64,000 nucleotides of DNA, taken from Camelus ferus. Taxonomy: Eukaryota. This document shows positions 1-12,616 of the stretch, piece after piece; the first letter of the stretch is position 1, and each line of letters opens with the position of its first letter. The translations under genes and the position numbers were made by a program. The notes below the pieces were generated by a model. The model had not been told where the DNA came from. It worked only from the letters and a program-made list of their open reading frames with translations, and searched no databases. Where the stretch lies: contig NC_045696.1 of NCBI RefSeq assembly GCF_009834535.1, forward strand, positions 96,846,001-96,910,000, written 5' to 3'.

Positions 1-430
1 CATGGACCTGGAGATTGTCATTCTAAGTGAAGTAAGCCAGAAAGAGAAAGAAAAATACCATATAACATCACTTATATGTGGAACATGAAAAAAAAAAAAG
101 ACAAACTTACTTACAAAACAGAAATAGACTCACAGACATAGAAAACAAGCTTATGGTTACCCAGTGGGGAAGGGGGTGGGAAGGGATAAATTGGGAGTTT
201 GAGATTTGCAGATACTAACTACTATACATAAAATAGATAAACAACAAGTTTATACTGTATAGCACAGGGAACTATATTCAATATCTTATAATAACTCATG
301 GTTAAAAAGAATATGAAAACGAATATATGTATGTTCCTACATGACTGAAATGTTGTGCTGTGCACCAGAAATTGACACAACATTGTAAACTGACTATACT
401 TCAGTAAAAATATATTTAAAAACAAAAAAG
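1..430 (+). mobile_element. LINE-1 3' end (ORF2 C-terminus, 3' UTR, A-rich tail), truncated by window start
   Basis: atggacctggagattgtcattctaagtgaagtaagccagaaagagaaagaaaaatacca is a typical L1 ORF2 end, followed by tactgtatagcacagggaactatattcaata and an A tail. Confidence 0.9.
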
Positions 431-1764
431 GGATTATGGACCACTTCAGGTATTTGTGTATTTAGTCTAAACAGCTAGACAGTCTTAGAAGAAAGTCTTT
501 CCTAGTACAATGTGTTAAATTTTGTGACTCTCTGATCACTTGCATTACACTCCTTGTATAGTCCCCAGTTCTTCAGTGCCTACTGTCTAACTAAATATGA
601 ATCACCCGGCAGGCCTGAGACAGTTCAGCTGAGAACAGAGTAAACGGTTATGGGGCAGCATCAAATATAGCCACTTATCAGAAATACTATTTCTTTCTAG
701 TTGAGATTTTATGTAACACTGCATGTGTGCAAAGTGTTGTGTGATCAGTTTAGTCCGGCAAGCATTTTCATTGTCCTTTGGGATTTATGTTTAATCAGTG
801 AAATCTCCAGATCTAACAGGATATAAGGAGAGAAGGTGAGTCCTGGCCTGGGGCCAGAGGGAGGGGAAGAGGGAAGAGGGAAGAGGGGTGGGAATGCCTT
901 CTCAATCCCCTTTAGTGAAACTGACCTGCTACAAGGCAAAATTTTCTCTAAGACTACAAAAAATGAACAAGCAGCATTTGGACATGTGACTTTGAGTTTC
1001 TCATTTACTCCTTAGCTATGTTTAAAGTTCAGAAAACCATACTTTGCTGCTTTAAAATACTTCTAATGAGCATCCTTCATCATTGCCAAGCGGAGCAAAT
1101 AAAGATCAGATGCATCAAAGGATTGGCAGCCAAGGCCTGGGCATACCTGGTCAAACAACCAAGAAAACTAGCTCCAAATTTCCAGGAGGGAATTCAACCC
1201 CAGAAGGTAACAAATGCAAGTGGCCGTTGCACTGAGCTACAGACCTTGTCAATATCTTGATTGTTGACATCCTAGATTTTAAAGGTACTGTCCCTAGGGA
1301 ATAACTAAACAGCATGCACAGTAGTGCCCAGTGTCTCACTGCATCCTAGTGAAGTGTTGTATTTCACAACTCAGCCAGCTTGACATCGCAGGCCATATCA
1401 TCTTTTCTCTGGCTCATTTTGCCTTCTTGTTCGTAGCTGATTATTCACTGGAGCACGTGCCCCACGCTCATGTGTTATTCTTAGAATCTTGCCGTCCAAG
1501 CTTCTCCTCTGGCTGCCCTGTAAGCACTTTATCCAGGACTTTGCTTTCCTGTTCCCTGGGCTTCTCTTCTTTGTGTTGCTTGATCCTTACTGCGACCTGC
1601 TCATTCCAATTTAAGTACAGCGTTATCAAGCCTTCAGAGTGGGCCTGCCAAAGATTACAAATCGACTCGGTGCCTCCACTGGCTCTTTCCTTAACAGCTA
1701 AAGAGCTTAAGAGTCAGGAACCCAGACTTTAGGTCACTACCACCACAGGGCTGTTCGCCTGCGG

Positions 1765-1935
1765 CAGGTGTTCTCAAACTGTAGCCCGCATCAAATCACC
1801 TGAAGAGCATGTTGAAACTAATGACTGCAGGCATGCCTCCTAGGGTTTCTGCTTCGGTAGGTTGGAGCTGGGCTCAGAGAACTCACATATCTAACAAATC
1901 AGTGCTGCTGGTCTATGGGCTACACTTTGAGAATT
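1765..1935. mobile_element. MER5-type hAT-Charlie MITE
   Basis: Termini caggtgttctcaaact ... acactttgagaa, with internal aatcacctg and tctaacaa motifs. Confidence 0.7.
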
Positions 1936-2034
1936 AAAGTGCAATGATAATGGTATTAATATCAGAACCACGTCTCATAGTTATTGGCCACATACTATAA
2001 GATACTATTCCCAAGGCTTTACTTATTTTGTCTT

Positions 2035-2165
2035 TATAGCAGCTTTTGTTTTTCCTATTTTCAAATGGGGAAACTGGGTCCCAGAAGTTAATTATCTTTC
2101 CCCAAGTCACTCTGTGAGAAAGTGCTGGTGCTGGGCTCTGAACCCTGGTAGTTCCAGAGCCCATG
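2035..2165 (-). mobile_element. MIR SINE fragment
   Basis: cctattttcaaatggggaaactgggtcccagaagtta...cccaagtcac resembles the MIR core. Confidence 0.6.
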
Positions 2166-2277
2166 GGTTTAAGTTAGCCTCTGTAATATCAGGTAACATA
2201 TCTAATGGCTTGAAATGAGTATATTGGCATACATTTGGCATTTACTTATGTATGAGCCTATAAAAACTCAGAGATGC

Positions 2278-2445
2278 AACAACAAGGTCCTACTGTATAG
2301 CACAGGGAACTGTATTCAATACCTTGTAATAGCTTATAATGAAAAAGAAATGAAAAGGAATATGTATATGTGTAATTGAATCACTAAGCTGCACGCCAGA
2401 AATTCATACAACATTGTGAATCGACTATACTTCAATAAACAAAAA
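2278..2445 (+). mobile_element. 5'-truncated LINE-1 3' end
   Basis: aacaacaaggtcctactgtatagcacagggaac...gactatacttcaataaa, flanked by an imperfect duplication (aaactcagagatgc / aaaccctagagatgc). Confidence 0.85.
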
Positions 2446-3194
2446 GAAACCCTAGAGATGCTTAAGAAAAACAATCAATGTTGTGAATATTGAACAAATT
2501 GTTGCATTTCTCCCCGATTCTATTCATTTTTACTTACTGTCCCTATTGTGGACCAGTATGCTGAAGAATGAAGAATATCAAGCATTTTTAACAGAAAGAT
2601 GTAAAGGCAATTTACCTCTCAAAATGAAGAGTATTCTTGCATGTTATTTCTCGTCTGTCTCCCTTCCTTTCGAATCCCCAATCAGTCCGCGGACAGTGTA
2701 GGATTTTTTTCATGCACTTCGATCACCTGTGAAGACGTGGCTTATTACTTTCCTTCTCCCCAAAGAAGAGCCCTTTGTCCCTCTCTCTCTGCTTCACTGA
2801 CGCTTTAGTCTGGGCTTTCCCAAGAGCTGAAACTGAAAACCATTATTGATTTGAGAGCTTGCTGCTTGAATGACTGTAAATTGTGACAAATTCTCCCCTC
2901 TTGGGTCTCCATACACGTGACTATGATAAGTTAGAGCCAAAGAAAGGTCTTGAACCGATACTGCTGTATCAAGTCTAAGATGCCACTAATTGTAGGAAGA
3001 GCCAATATATTATGTATCACTAAGAAGAAAAAAGAATGCTGCCACTTAAACTATGACACAGGGTCTCAGCTGAAGTCCTTACACAATAATTGGTCACATT
3101 AATCTCTCATGTCTGATAATTGTTTCATCTGTTTTGAAGGATTTGGCAAGCTCTCCAGATGCACTCAGGTGCATGTTCTTGGCACGTAATGGCA

Positions 3195-3348
3195 GTGCTG
3201 CTCAAACTTGACTGGGCACATGAATCACCTGGGAGTCTTGTTAAACCGTAGATTCTGATTCAGAAGGTCTGGGATCAGGCTAAAATTCTACAGTTCTAAT
3301 AAGCTCCCAGAAGCTGCTGCTGGTTGCACACCACTCGCTGAGTAGCAA
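3195..3348. mobile_element. MER5-type hAT MITE
   Basis: cagtgctgctcaaactt...gaatcacctgggagtcttgttaaa...gattctgattcagaaggtctggg. Confidence 0.7.
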
Positions 3349-3964
3349 GGTGACAGGCAATCTTTTGCACATATATTTCCTTAACTAAGTGCAGCTCCTC
3401 GTCACCTACTCCTGACTTCTTGTCTTAGGTCTCATAAAGTACTTGCTTGCCGCTTTGCAAAAAAAGCATAGAGTTGCAGTAATTCCTTCAACATATATTT
3501 GCTTTACAAATATCAAACTTAACTACCACACCTTTGCTACTAAGGCTTTCTTTGTAAATGGTGTCTTTTTGTTTCAATATTGAATCAGAGTGTAAACATT
3601 TTTGAAGATATTTTAAAGGGCAATAAAGCTGAACACATCCAACAGGATCATGCACACAACTCAACAAAAGAGAATATGGACAGCCACAACAAAGTACATG
3701 AAGGCACAGGTGATGGCAACCGTGTCATAGATGCCTCCTGGATGATGGTGAACACAGGATGCCATCTGGTTGTAGGATTCATTTAGATTTCTCTTTAATA
3801 TTAAAATATGAATAAAGAAGAATATATGAAAAGTATAATTATAGTGTATTAAAAGAACAAGAACAATAGGAGGACAAGTAAAGGCAATGGAAATGAAACT
3901 ACATAAAGTGCTTTTCACATCTTGGTTTTTATTCATTTTATGTACTGGTTTTTATTTATTTATT

Positions 3965-4070
3965 ATTTACTATAGATAAAGCCTATGCCCTGAGGAAATA
4001 GCAGTGAACAAGCCACAGTTCCTGCCCTCATGCAGCTTACAGTTCAGCAGGGAGACTGACATTAAAGAAA
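3965..4070 (-). mobile_element. LINE-2 3' fragment
   Basis: cagtgaacaag...gttcctgccctcatgcagcttacagttcag is a typical L2 motif. Confidence 0.55.
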
Positions 4071-5101
4071 CACAGTCAATTCTCATTATTTGTGGATTCT
4101 GTATTTGCAGGGAGGAACCGAAATGAGTAATTTTTTCCAGTTCTATTAAGGGCTTGTGTTCTGATTTTCAACCACCAGGTGGAGACAACACAAAGCTAAT
4201 GAAGGCATTCCCTGTGTTGGCTTTAGACCGAATTTGAGCGATTCCTTAAGCTAACTCAGGGGCAAGGATTTTTTTTTTCCCCTCTTGTGAGTGAGCCACT
4301 GACCTCCTAAGGAATAAAACTACAGATCAGAGGCCACATGCAAATTTAAAAGAAACACGATTTTTCCAAGAGAACCTAGTACATTCAAACCAATGGCTTT
4401 TACAATTACAGTTGGGAAACCTGTATGTTTTAAATGAGTTTAACAAAAATAAATACAGTTTTGTGCTACCTGATGGCCAGTGAGAGGGTGAGTGAGATGA
4501 AATAGAGAAAAACAGCAGCAAAAAAAAAAAACAAAAAACAAAAAAAGAGGAAGAAAAGAAAGCAGACACAGACAGGCCTACACAGAGTGAAACAGCCGCG
4601 GTTGAAGGTTGGGCTGGAGTGTGAGCTAGAAGCATGGAGAGGGAGCCAAGTCTGATTGTCTGTCTCGGGGCCAGCACCGTTTTGCTCCTTCTTCTCCTCC
4701 CTGTGCACCAAGGGTATCCGGGTCAGCAACCCCACAGAGCTCTTTCAAAGGCTGATAAGCCCCCAGGCATCCCCCTTTCTGAACTAGGAACTGGGTCTGC
4801 TTTTATTTGCAAACTTTGAAGTTTAATTTTAAAATGAATATTTCTTTTTCCATCCAACTTGAAAGATTTTCCCATCCCAAGTAAGGAAATCACTTGCATT
4901 TTTAAGTTCCCTCTTTGTAATTTTAGAAGTGCTGTCTTTGGGGTCGAGGTATTTAACTTGCAGAAGCAGTCAGGTAGGCTTATGTCTTTTTTTTTTTTTT
5001 TTTAAGTTAGAGCTTTCTCATTTCATATTATTTGGAAGTTATAATCATTCTAGTGGCCATATAATTGTTCTGAAACTTGCTGCCAATCAAACCTATTGTC
5101 T

Positions 5102-5103
<2 letters not shown>

Positions 5104-5200
<97 letters not shown>

Positions 5201-5205
5201 TGAGT
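5104..5205. repeat. Compound microsatellite (GT)n(GA)n
   Basis: Directly visible: about 35 nt of GT repeats followed by about 60 nt of GA repeats. Confidence 0.97.
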
Positions 5206-6313
5206 GAGCCAAAGAGGGTCACACGCATACTGTCTAATCAGAACCTTGTGAAGATGTTCTGTGATGGGAACAGAGACAAAACTTCCCTCTGGGGAACAGC
5301 AGACCCTATTTCCTGCCTCTTGAGGGATCCAAAATTTCAGTCACTATCGCTCACCACAAAGAGGGGGAAATGGTCCTGTGTCTGCAGCTTACTTCTCTTT
5401 ATTTACCAGGAACTGGACACAATAAAATTAGGGGCAGAACTTCCCCACGAGGTCTCGCTGTGCAGACCGTCTGGCAGGGTTGTCACTGTAATCAGAAAGT
5501 AATGGGGGTGTTGGAACCGGTTTCACTGTTCGAGAAAAGCCCATCTCGTAGGTACCGTGAATCACCACCATTCTGAGGCTTCTGTGAAATTACATCATAG
5601 GAATATCGGTAGACTTTTGACAAAAATGTAACAGTATTCACATTTTTTTCTGTATCACTTGGGGATTTAAAAAATGGAGCAAAAAATTTAATTTTGTAAT
5701 TTAATAAGTATCTACTTACTTTAAGAGCTTTTAAACAAAACCAAAATTGCCTCACCGGAGGTCAGCTGTGTGACCTGGGGCTTCTCCTTCAATGTCTCTG
5801 GTGTCTGTCTCAAAGGTGGAGCATGTGCAAAGATGATCCATGAGGGAGCTGGTAGAAATGTTAGAACCTTTATTTACATTTTTTCCACCTGGAATGTAAG
5901 AAACGATATGAAGCTTTACTAATATTTGATATATGGATCAACAGCGTACAAGTATATAATTTATAATTGTACAAAATTTGGGAGTGCATGCTCAAAAATG
6001 TTTCACTCTTAATGGCATATGCTTAAAAAAGTGTGGAGATTACAGATAAATACCTTTCCAAGATTAGGCGACTTTCAGAGTTTTTTCAAATTGCTGGTTG
6101 CAACCTGTTGTTGGGTTGTGCAACCCATTTAGGGAATTTTAAAGAAGTGAAATAAAGTATAAAATATCAGAGTGCATTGCTCTTAGTAAGAATTAAGTAT
6201 TGTTCTATGAAACTTTTCAGATGAATACATGCGTGAATCCTGCATTTTGATGTAAAATGTATCTCCTATTGTGACTTGTGCTTAAAAGAAAGTTGAAAGC
6301 AACTGGACTAGAG

Positions 6314-6494
6314 CAGTGGTTCTCAAAGTGTCATCCTCAGACCAGCAGTGGCATCATATGAGAACTTGTTAGAAAGGCAAATTCTTCAATCCCACCCCAA
6401 ATTTACTGCCTCAGAAAGTGAGTGTGAGCCCCACAATTGTAGTTTAGCAAATGCTCCAGGTGATTCTGATGAATGCTAGAGTTTAGAGCCACTG
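6314..6494. mobile_element. MER5A-type hAT MITE
   Basis: cagtggttctcaaagtg ... gagccactg inverted termini, with internal agaacttgttagaaaggcaaattct. Confidence 0.8.
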
Positions 6495-6565
6495 GCCTAT
6501 AATATCTCTAGGATGCATCTGGTTATAAAACTTTACGACTCTGTTAGATACTCACTTAACTAAGG

Positions 6566-6720
6566 CAATGTTTTTCAAATTTACCTGATCCTAAGATTCA
6601 CCAGGTGACTTTAAAAGTACCTCAGAGGTTCTGAGTGAGCAGGTCTGGGTAGAGGTTTGGAACCTAATTTTTAGCAAACATCTCTGCTGATTCTTGTGAT
6701 CAGACAAGCTTGGGAGATAA
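6566..6720. mobile_element. MER5-type fragment
   Basis: caatgtttttcaaat...gattcaccaggtg...ttctgagtgagcaggtctggg. Confidence 0.5.
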
Positions 6721-6829
6721 CTTGACCAAGAGATAAAGAGTCTGTAGAACGGAACTGGGGAACAGAACTATTTTACAGAGCAGAAACAGTGTGACAGAGA
6801 GACCGAGTCTAAGGCAGGGAAATAAGCAA

Positions 6830-7060
6830 ATCAGAACACAGAAAGCTCATCCTGAGTCAGCTGAGGCTGCGATTCTCCTCTGAGTGGCTGGCTCCGCGGC
6901 CCTGCACAGCCCTTCAGTTTCAGCGCACAGCAGCCGCTCGGGAAGTGCTAACTGAATGCACCTCGCGTGTCTTGACACTTAGACCCGGGGCGGGGCTCTG
7001 GGAGGTGGTGGAGGGCAGCTCCCGGATTCAGGGAGTTTGGAGGAGGTGCTTTCCAATCCC
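6830..7060. promoter_or_regulatory. Candidate distal enhancer (local GC/CpG-rich patch)
   Basis: Unique GC-rich island in an AT-rich background, with retained CpGs, AP-1 TGAGTCA (6853-6859), overlapping CAGCTG and a GGGGCGGGG GC-box near 6987. Confidence 0.35.
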
Positions 7061-8440
7061 TTCATGACTAAACCAGGCAAATTTCAAATACATTGATGGG
7101 GTGGAGACTCCACTGTTGAAAGTAACGATCAAAATTGACTTAAGTTTTTGCTGCTGCTAAAACTACATTCCCAGTTGATTGTTATTAAAAATAAAATTCC
7201 CCAGGTCATCATTGCTAACAATTTGGAGGATATTTGCTGACTTTTTGGTATACATATAAAAAGCCTTTAAACAACAAAATTATTACTGATGTTATTTTGT
7301 AATTTTTCAGTAGACAATAGATCATGGTTATTTTTCTGTCATTGCATAGCTAACCGATTCTTTTGAACACTAGCAGGTTTTAAATGTTTAATCTTTACAA
7401 AGCTTATTTGATCTCAGAACACTTTTAAAATTAGAACATATTTTGACTGAATAGCCACAAGTACTCAACGCAGACAATGTGTGCTTGGATTAAAAGAGAC
7501 AGCAAAACGATGTCTCCTGAACAGCTGAATACTGTAAGAAATGATATAAATTTAATTTATTGCATTTTAAAATCTTTATAACAGGAAGAATAATAAGAGT
7601 GGGAAATTAAATCATCAGATTTTACAAGGAGCAAAGAAAGCATAATGAGATTAAGTAAAATGTTTCCATTTTATATTTTGTTATAAAATGTGACATAAAA
7701 ACAAATTCTTAAAAACAGCATTTTAGGGTTATTTTATCACATAGCTTCATAGCTGCAATACTGTTAGGGGGGTAAAATTTTATATGGGATAAAATATCAG
7801 ATCTGTTGCTATCTGTTGCCTCATAGCATAATATTTTTTAAAAATCCCATTTTTTATATGAGAACACTGTAACAAAAGAAAGAAGTACACAAACCATCCA
7901 AATGTTTTATGGTCTCCATATATCCTTGATTTAGATGCTCTAAAAATCCTTAATTATATCCTGTTTGGTAGCTCTCTGCTGATTTTTCTAGAACCTGATG
8001 AGTACAATCATTCATTTTTATGTTGACTCGTTCAGCCATTCTGCTCTTTTAATTTGCACAAAGCTTTTGAACTCCAAGACTATTTGTCATTGGAGACATT
8101 TTTCTCTTGGCCTTCAGTCCATGAGGAGCAAGTTTGTATATTACGTGTTTAATAATACCAGAAACATCAAATAATAACCTCAAATGTGTGTGGCGATTAT
8201 GAGCTAAGACACTTGGCATGGAACAGAGCAGTAGTCATCCAAAAGCGGATACATAGTGAGGCAGACAGAGGAGTGAGCTTCCCAGGCACGGACTTACTCA
8301 TGAGGTAGTTCTCCCCTGCGGTTTCCCAGCATTCTAGGGCAGGGAGCAACCTTAGTACTGGCTGCAGCTTTATGGTTTAGGACACGATTGTTATGTTTAG
8401 CAAGGGAATAAATAAATGCTAATAAGATGCTATAGATTTA

Positions 8441-8585
8441 GGGAGAGGGTTTGGCTCAGTGATAGAGTGTGTGCCTAGCATGTACGAGATCCTTGTTCAG
8501 TCGCCAACACCTCCATTAAAATGAATGAATAAACAAACAAACCAACCAACCTAATTACCATCCCTCCTACCAAAAAAAAAAAAAA
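8441..8585 (+). mobile_element. tRNA-derived SINE (camelid Vic-1-like) with 17-bp TSD
   Basis: tRNA-like head (tggctcagtgatagag A-box) and poly(A) tail. Perfect TSD aagatgctatagattta at 8424-8440 and 8586-8602. Confidence 0.9.
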
Positions 8586-8644
8586 AAGATGCTATAGATT
8601 TAACTGTTGGATCAATTAATTTTTCTAATACCAGAATCAAACTT

Positions 8645-9060
8645 TTTTTTTTAACTTTTTTTCTTTTTTAAACATAGCTTTATTGAGGTATAACTGACAG
8701 ACAGTAAGATACACTTATTTAAAGTGTATAATTTGGTAAGCGTTGACATGTCTCCACAACTGTACATACAGATGATGAACATTTCCATCATATCTAAAAG
8801 TTAACCTGGACCTCTTTGTAATCCATCTCTCCTATGCCTCTTACAGCCTGTCCATACACTACTACTAATTTACTTTCTAACACTATAGATTAGTTTACCC
8901 ATTGTAATACTTGATATAATGGAAACATTTAGTATGTATTCTTGTCTCATCTGACTTATTTAGTTGGGAATTGTTATTTGAGATGCATCCCTGCTATAGC
9001 AATGCCAACAGTTCATTCTTTTTATCGTTGAGTAATATTCCATTGCATAGACACGCGATG
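8645..9060 (-). mobile_element. Old L1M 3' end
   Basis: T-rich tail followed by agctttattgaggtataactgaca...tttaaagtgtataattt, typical of an antisense L1MB/MC end. Confidence 0.75.
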
Positions 9061-9394
9061 GTGTGAAGAGCAGTGTGCCTCTCTTCAGTTTTGTTGGCGT
9101 AAATTGAGCCAGGAAGAGATGATACTAGATAAATGGGGGTGATTAAAATCGTTTAGTCCTGTGTAATGCCTACTTATAGGATTTTGACAGAATCAAACTC
9201 TTGAATCTGTATTATTCAGCCCAGGACTTAGGCCCAAGGGAAGATATTCCTCTGCTGAGATGTCTGCCATTCATTCAGTTAATGCTGAGGGTGGGGATGG
9301 GAGGACACACCCTTCTGTCACTTTCATCAAGGCTTTATAACTTTCTTTTCTAGTCTGCAGAAGCAATTGTCTATCAATTATTTTATATAACTCT

Positions 9395-9540
9395 TAGAAA
9401 TACACTGTGAAACAAGTATTATTGCCATTTGACAGATGAAGAAACTGAGGCTCAGAGTGGTAAAGTGACTTGTGCAAGCAAGGTCCCTAAAAATCAAATC
9501 TGTGTGTGTTTGGTGTCAAAGCTAGTGCTTTATCAGCCAT
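9395..9540 (-). mobile_element. MIR SINE fragment
   Basis: ccatttgacagatgaagaaactgaggctcagagtggtaaagtgactt is the MIR core. Confidence 0.75.
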
Positions 9541-10291
9541 GTAAGGATTCCCAATGCTTCAGTCATTTCCCCACCATCAACACTTGTGCCACATGTACTG
9601 CTGCTTTATTTCTTGATTAAGATAGATTCTTAAATCAACTTATTTTTTGTTTGTGTTTTACATCAGCATTTCATAAAAAAAAAATTTATAATGGTGATCT
9701 TCAAAGTGGGGAATGAAGACTTTACAAAAGGAACCAGGCAAGGATAGTTTTAAGGCAATTGATTTTCAGATCAGTTTCCACTGGTCCTCTTTCTGGCAGC
9801 TCTGCCTGAGCATGTGCTCCTTCCTCCCCCCCACCCCCCCATCCTGTTCTTACTGTGTGGCCTCACCCCGGAGGATAAAAATCTCAGGTCCAAACAGACA
9901 GTTTGAAAGATCAGCTTAGGTGCTGACTGGGTAACAAGTCCTTTTGCAAAGCAGGAGTTTCTCAATTTTTGATTTTGTCAGATTGAAGAAAGGCCCTATT
10001 GATCAGTAAGATAATATACGAGGAAAGATCACTCTGTGGATTTGGGGATAGAACTCAAATGAATCCAAAGATTGATGTTGCTCTAATGTAGCTCCCATTC
10101 TCAACCATTTACATCAACAAGGTTTTTCAGAGCTGACATCTATAAAAATGAAAAATAGAAATGGAGTTGAAGCTAAATCTGTCTCATTCAACTGGTAAGT
10201 AATTTTCATCCATGAATGCATCAGTTAACTTAAAAAATTATCGGCTATATTCATCTTATTAAGATGTGTGTTTTCAGTGCAGCTTTTCTTT

Positions 10292-10531
10292 CTTTTTTTT
10301 TTTAAACATTTTTTATTGAGTTATAATCATTTTACAATGTTGTGTCAAATTCCAGTGAAGAGCACAATTTTTTAGTTATACATGAACATGTATATGTTCA
10401 TTTTCAAGTTTTTTTTCTCTGTGAGCTACCATAAGATCTTATATATATTTCCCTGTGCTATACATTATAATCTTGTTTATCTATTCTACATTTTGAAATC
10501 CCAATCTGTCCCTTCCCACCCCTCGCCCCCA
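10292..10531 (-). mobile_element. Young 5'-truncated LINE-1 (about 240 nt) with 12-bp TSD
   Basis: Reverse complement closely matches the 3' UTR at about 20290-20525. TSD cagcttttcttt at 10280-10291 and 10532-10543. Confidence 0.92.
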
Positions 10532-10679
10532 CAGCTTTTCTTTTTAAGTTTGAAATTCATCATGATTTTAAATACATTAAAGTTTTTTGTTTAATGTATA
10601 CTGATATAATGATATAATTATAAATTAATTGAGAAAAAAATTTAACACCTAGAACTTTATGGTCATGGGTAATGAAAAT

Positions 10680-11032
10680 TGCCTGAGTCTATTCAGGCTG
10701 CTATATCAAAATACCTTAGACTAGAAGGCTTACAAACAGCAGGATTTTGTTTCCCACAGTTCTGGAGGCTGGGAAGTCCAAGATCAATGTGCTGGCAGAT
10801 TTGGAGTCTGGGGAAGACCCACTTCTTGGTTCCTATATGGCCATCTTCTTGCTGTGTCCTTAGCTGGTGGAAGGGGTGAGGTATCCCTCTGAAGTCTCTT
10901 TTATAAGAACATGAGGCTCCACTCTCATGACCTAATCATTTTCCAAAGGCTTCCCCCTGTAATACCATCACACTGGAAGTTAGGATTTCAACATATGAAT
11001 TTTGAGGTGATAAAAATATTCAGTCTATAGCA
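10680..11032. mobile_element. MaLR solo LTR (MLT1A-like)
   Basis: tg...caggctgctata...cacagttctggaggctgggaagtccaagatcaa...taggatttcaacatatgaatttt...cagtctatagca. Confidence 0.85.
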
Positions 11033-11117
11033 AATATGAATTTGTATTCTTAAAAGCATATTTTTATTGCAGTAGGTAGATAAAAACCTTCAGGCTTAAG
11101 AATATATTACGTGGGGT

Positions 11118-11344
11118 CAGGGTTTCTTAACCACAATACATTATGGGACAGTTAATTCTCTGTTATTGTTTGGGGGAGAGCTTTCCTGTGTTCTTCAGAA
11201 TAATTAGGAGCCTTGCTGACCTCTATCAACCATATACCAGTAGCACACCCACCCCCCCCCCCAAGTTATGACAATGCAAAATGTGTCTAGATATTGCCAA
11301 AAGTCCCTTGAGGGGCAAAAATCACCTGCAGTTGAGAACCACAG
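11118..11344. mobile_element. MER20-type hAT MITE
   Basis: cagggtttcttaacc ... aaaatgtgtctagatattgccaaa ... gttgagaaccacag. Confidence 0.8.
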
Positions 11345-11539
11345 CATTAGGTTATAATTTTGTGGGGGGAGCTAAATAGAAAATGGAAATTCAAGGAGAA
11401 AAGGAATCTTATGCAATTTCTGCTTGTTAAAGAAGAGCCTGTTCATTTTGAGTCAATAATGTATATATATTTAGTCGCTAAGGGATTTAGATTTTACTGC
11501 TCTGTAACCATGCAAATGGAAAACCAGTTTTCTCTGCTT

Positions 11540-11988
11540 TTATGGGGTTGAATTAAGTCCCCACATAAAGATATATTGAAATTCTAGTTCCCATCACCCC
11601 CAAATATGACATTATTTGGAAATAGAGTCATTATAGAGATAATCAAGTTAAAATGGAGTTATTAGAGCAGATCCTAATCCAGTCTGACTTATGTCCTTAT
11701 AAAAAGGGGGAATTTGGACACACACAGAGATGCACAAAAGGAAGACGATGCGAAGGTGGCCACATGATGATGAAGGCAGCTGCAAACCAGGGAACGTCAA
11801 GGATAGCTGGTCACCACAGGAAGCTAGGAAGAGGCAAGAAGGCTTCTATCCAGAGTCCCAGAGGGAGCATGGCCCTGCCAACACCTTGATTTTGGACTTC
11901 TAGTCCCCCAAACTATAAGGTAATAACATTTTTTTAAAGTCACCCAGCTCATGGTCCTTTGTTATGGCAGTCCTTGTAAACTAGCATA
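11540..11988. mobile_element. MaLR solo LTR (MLT1B/C-like), opposite orientation to 10680-11032
   Basis: tatggggttgaatt...gagggagcatggccctgccaacaccttgattttggacttc...tttgttatggcagtcctt. Confidence 0.85.
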
Positions 11989-12116
11989 CTTGCCATAAAA
12001 ATAAAACTGTAAAAACAAGACAATGCTCTTAAATGTTATTAAATTTTAGCTAGATGCTTAGGAGCCTACAACAGGTCTGAGCCTCCCCATCTCTTTATTA
12101 AAAGGAAGAATAGCCA

Positions 12117-12616
12117 GTGTTACACCCATGTTCATAGAAGAATTTTTTGCAATAGACAAAAGGCAAAAGCAACCCATGTCCATTGGTAAAATAAAATGTG
12201 CTGTAAATATGCACAATGGAATATTATTCATACTTTAAGAGGAAGGAAATTCGGACACATGCTACAGCAGGGATAGACCTTGAGGTTAGTGAGGTTAGTG
12301 AAGCTGGTTGCAAAAAGACAAGAAAGTACTGTATATGATTCCAATTATATGAGGTACTTAGAGTAGTCAGATTCATAGAGACAGAGAGTAAGATGGTGGT
12401 TGCCAGGGGCTGGGGGAAAGGGAAAGTGTGGTGTTATTGTTTAATGTGTATGGAGTTTAAGTTTTTCAGTATCAAAAGAGTTCTTTGGATGGTTGGTGGT
12501 GATGGAAACACAACAATGTGAATGTACTTAATGCCACTTAACCATACACTTTTTAAAAAACAGTTAAAATGGTAAATTTTATGATGAGTATTTTACTACA
12601 ATTAAAAAGAAAAAAA
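12117..12616 (+). mobile_element. L1MB-like 3' end
   Basis: cacccatgttcatag...atgaggtacttagagtagtcagattcatagagacagagagta...aaaatggtaaattttatg followed by an A tail. Confidence 0.85.

Noticed and set aside
3580..3936. Overlapping short ORFs suggesting a pseudogene fragment
   Set aside because: There is no recognisable protein similarity. It is more likely a decayed transposon or unique non-coding DNA.
4327..5502. Several 60-116 aa ORFs
   Set aside because: They arise largely from A-rich tracts and the GT/GA microsatellite (VCVC, RERE, FFFF translations).
8441..8520. tRNA gene (also the copies at about 18250-18327 and 23050-23125)
   Set aside because: The tRNA-like heads are followed by a SINE body and A-rich tail, with TSDs at two copies. 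They are SINEs, not tRNA genes.
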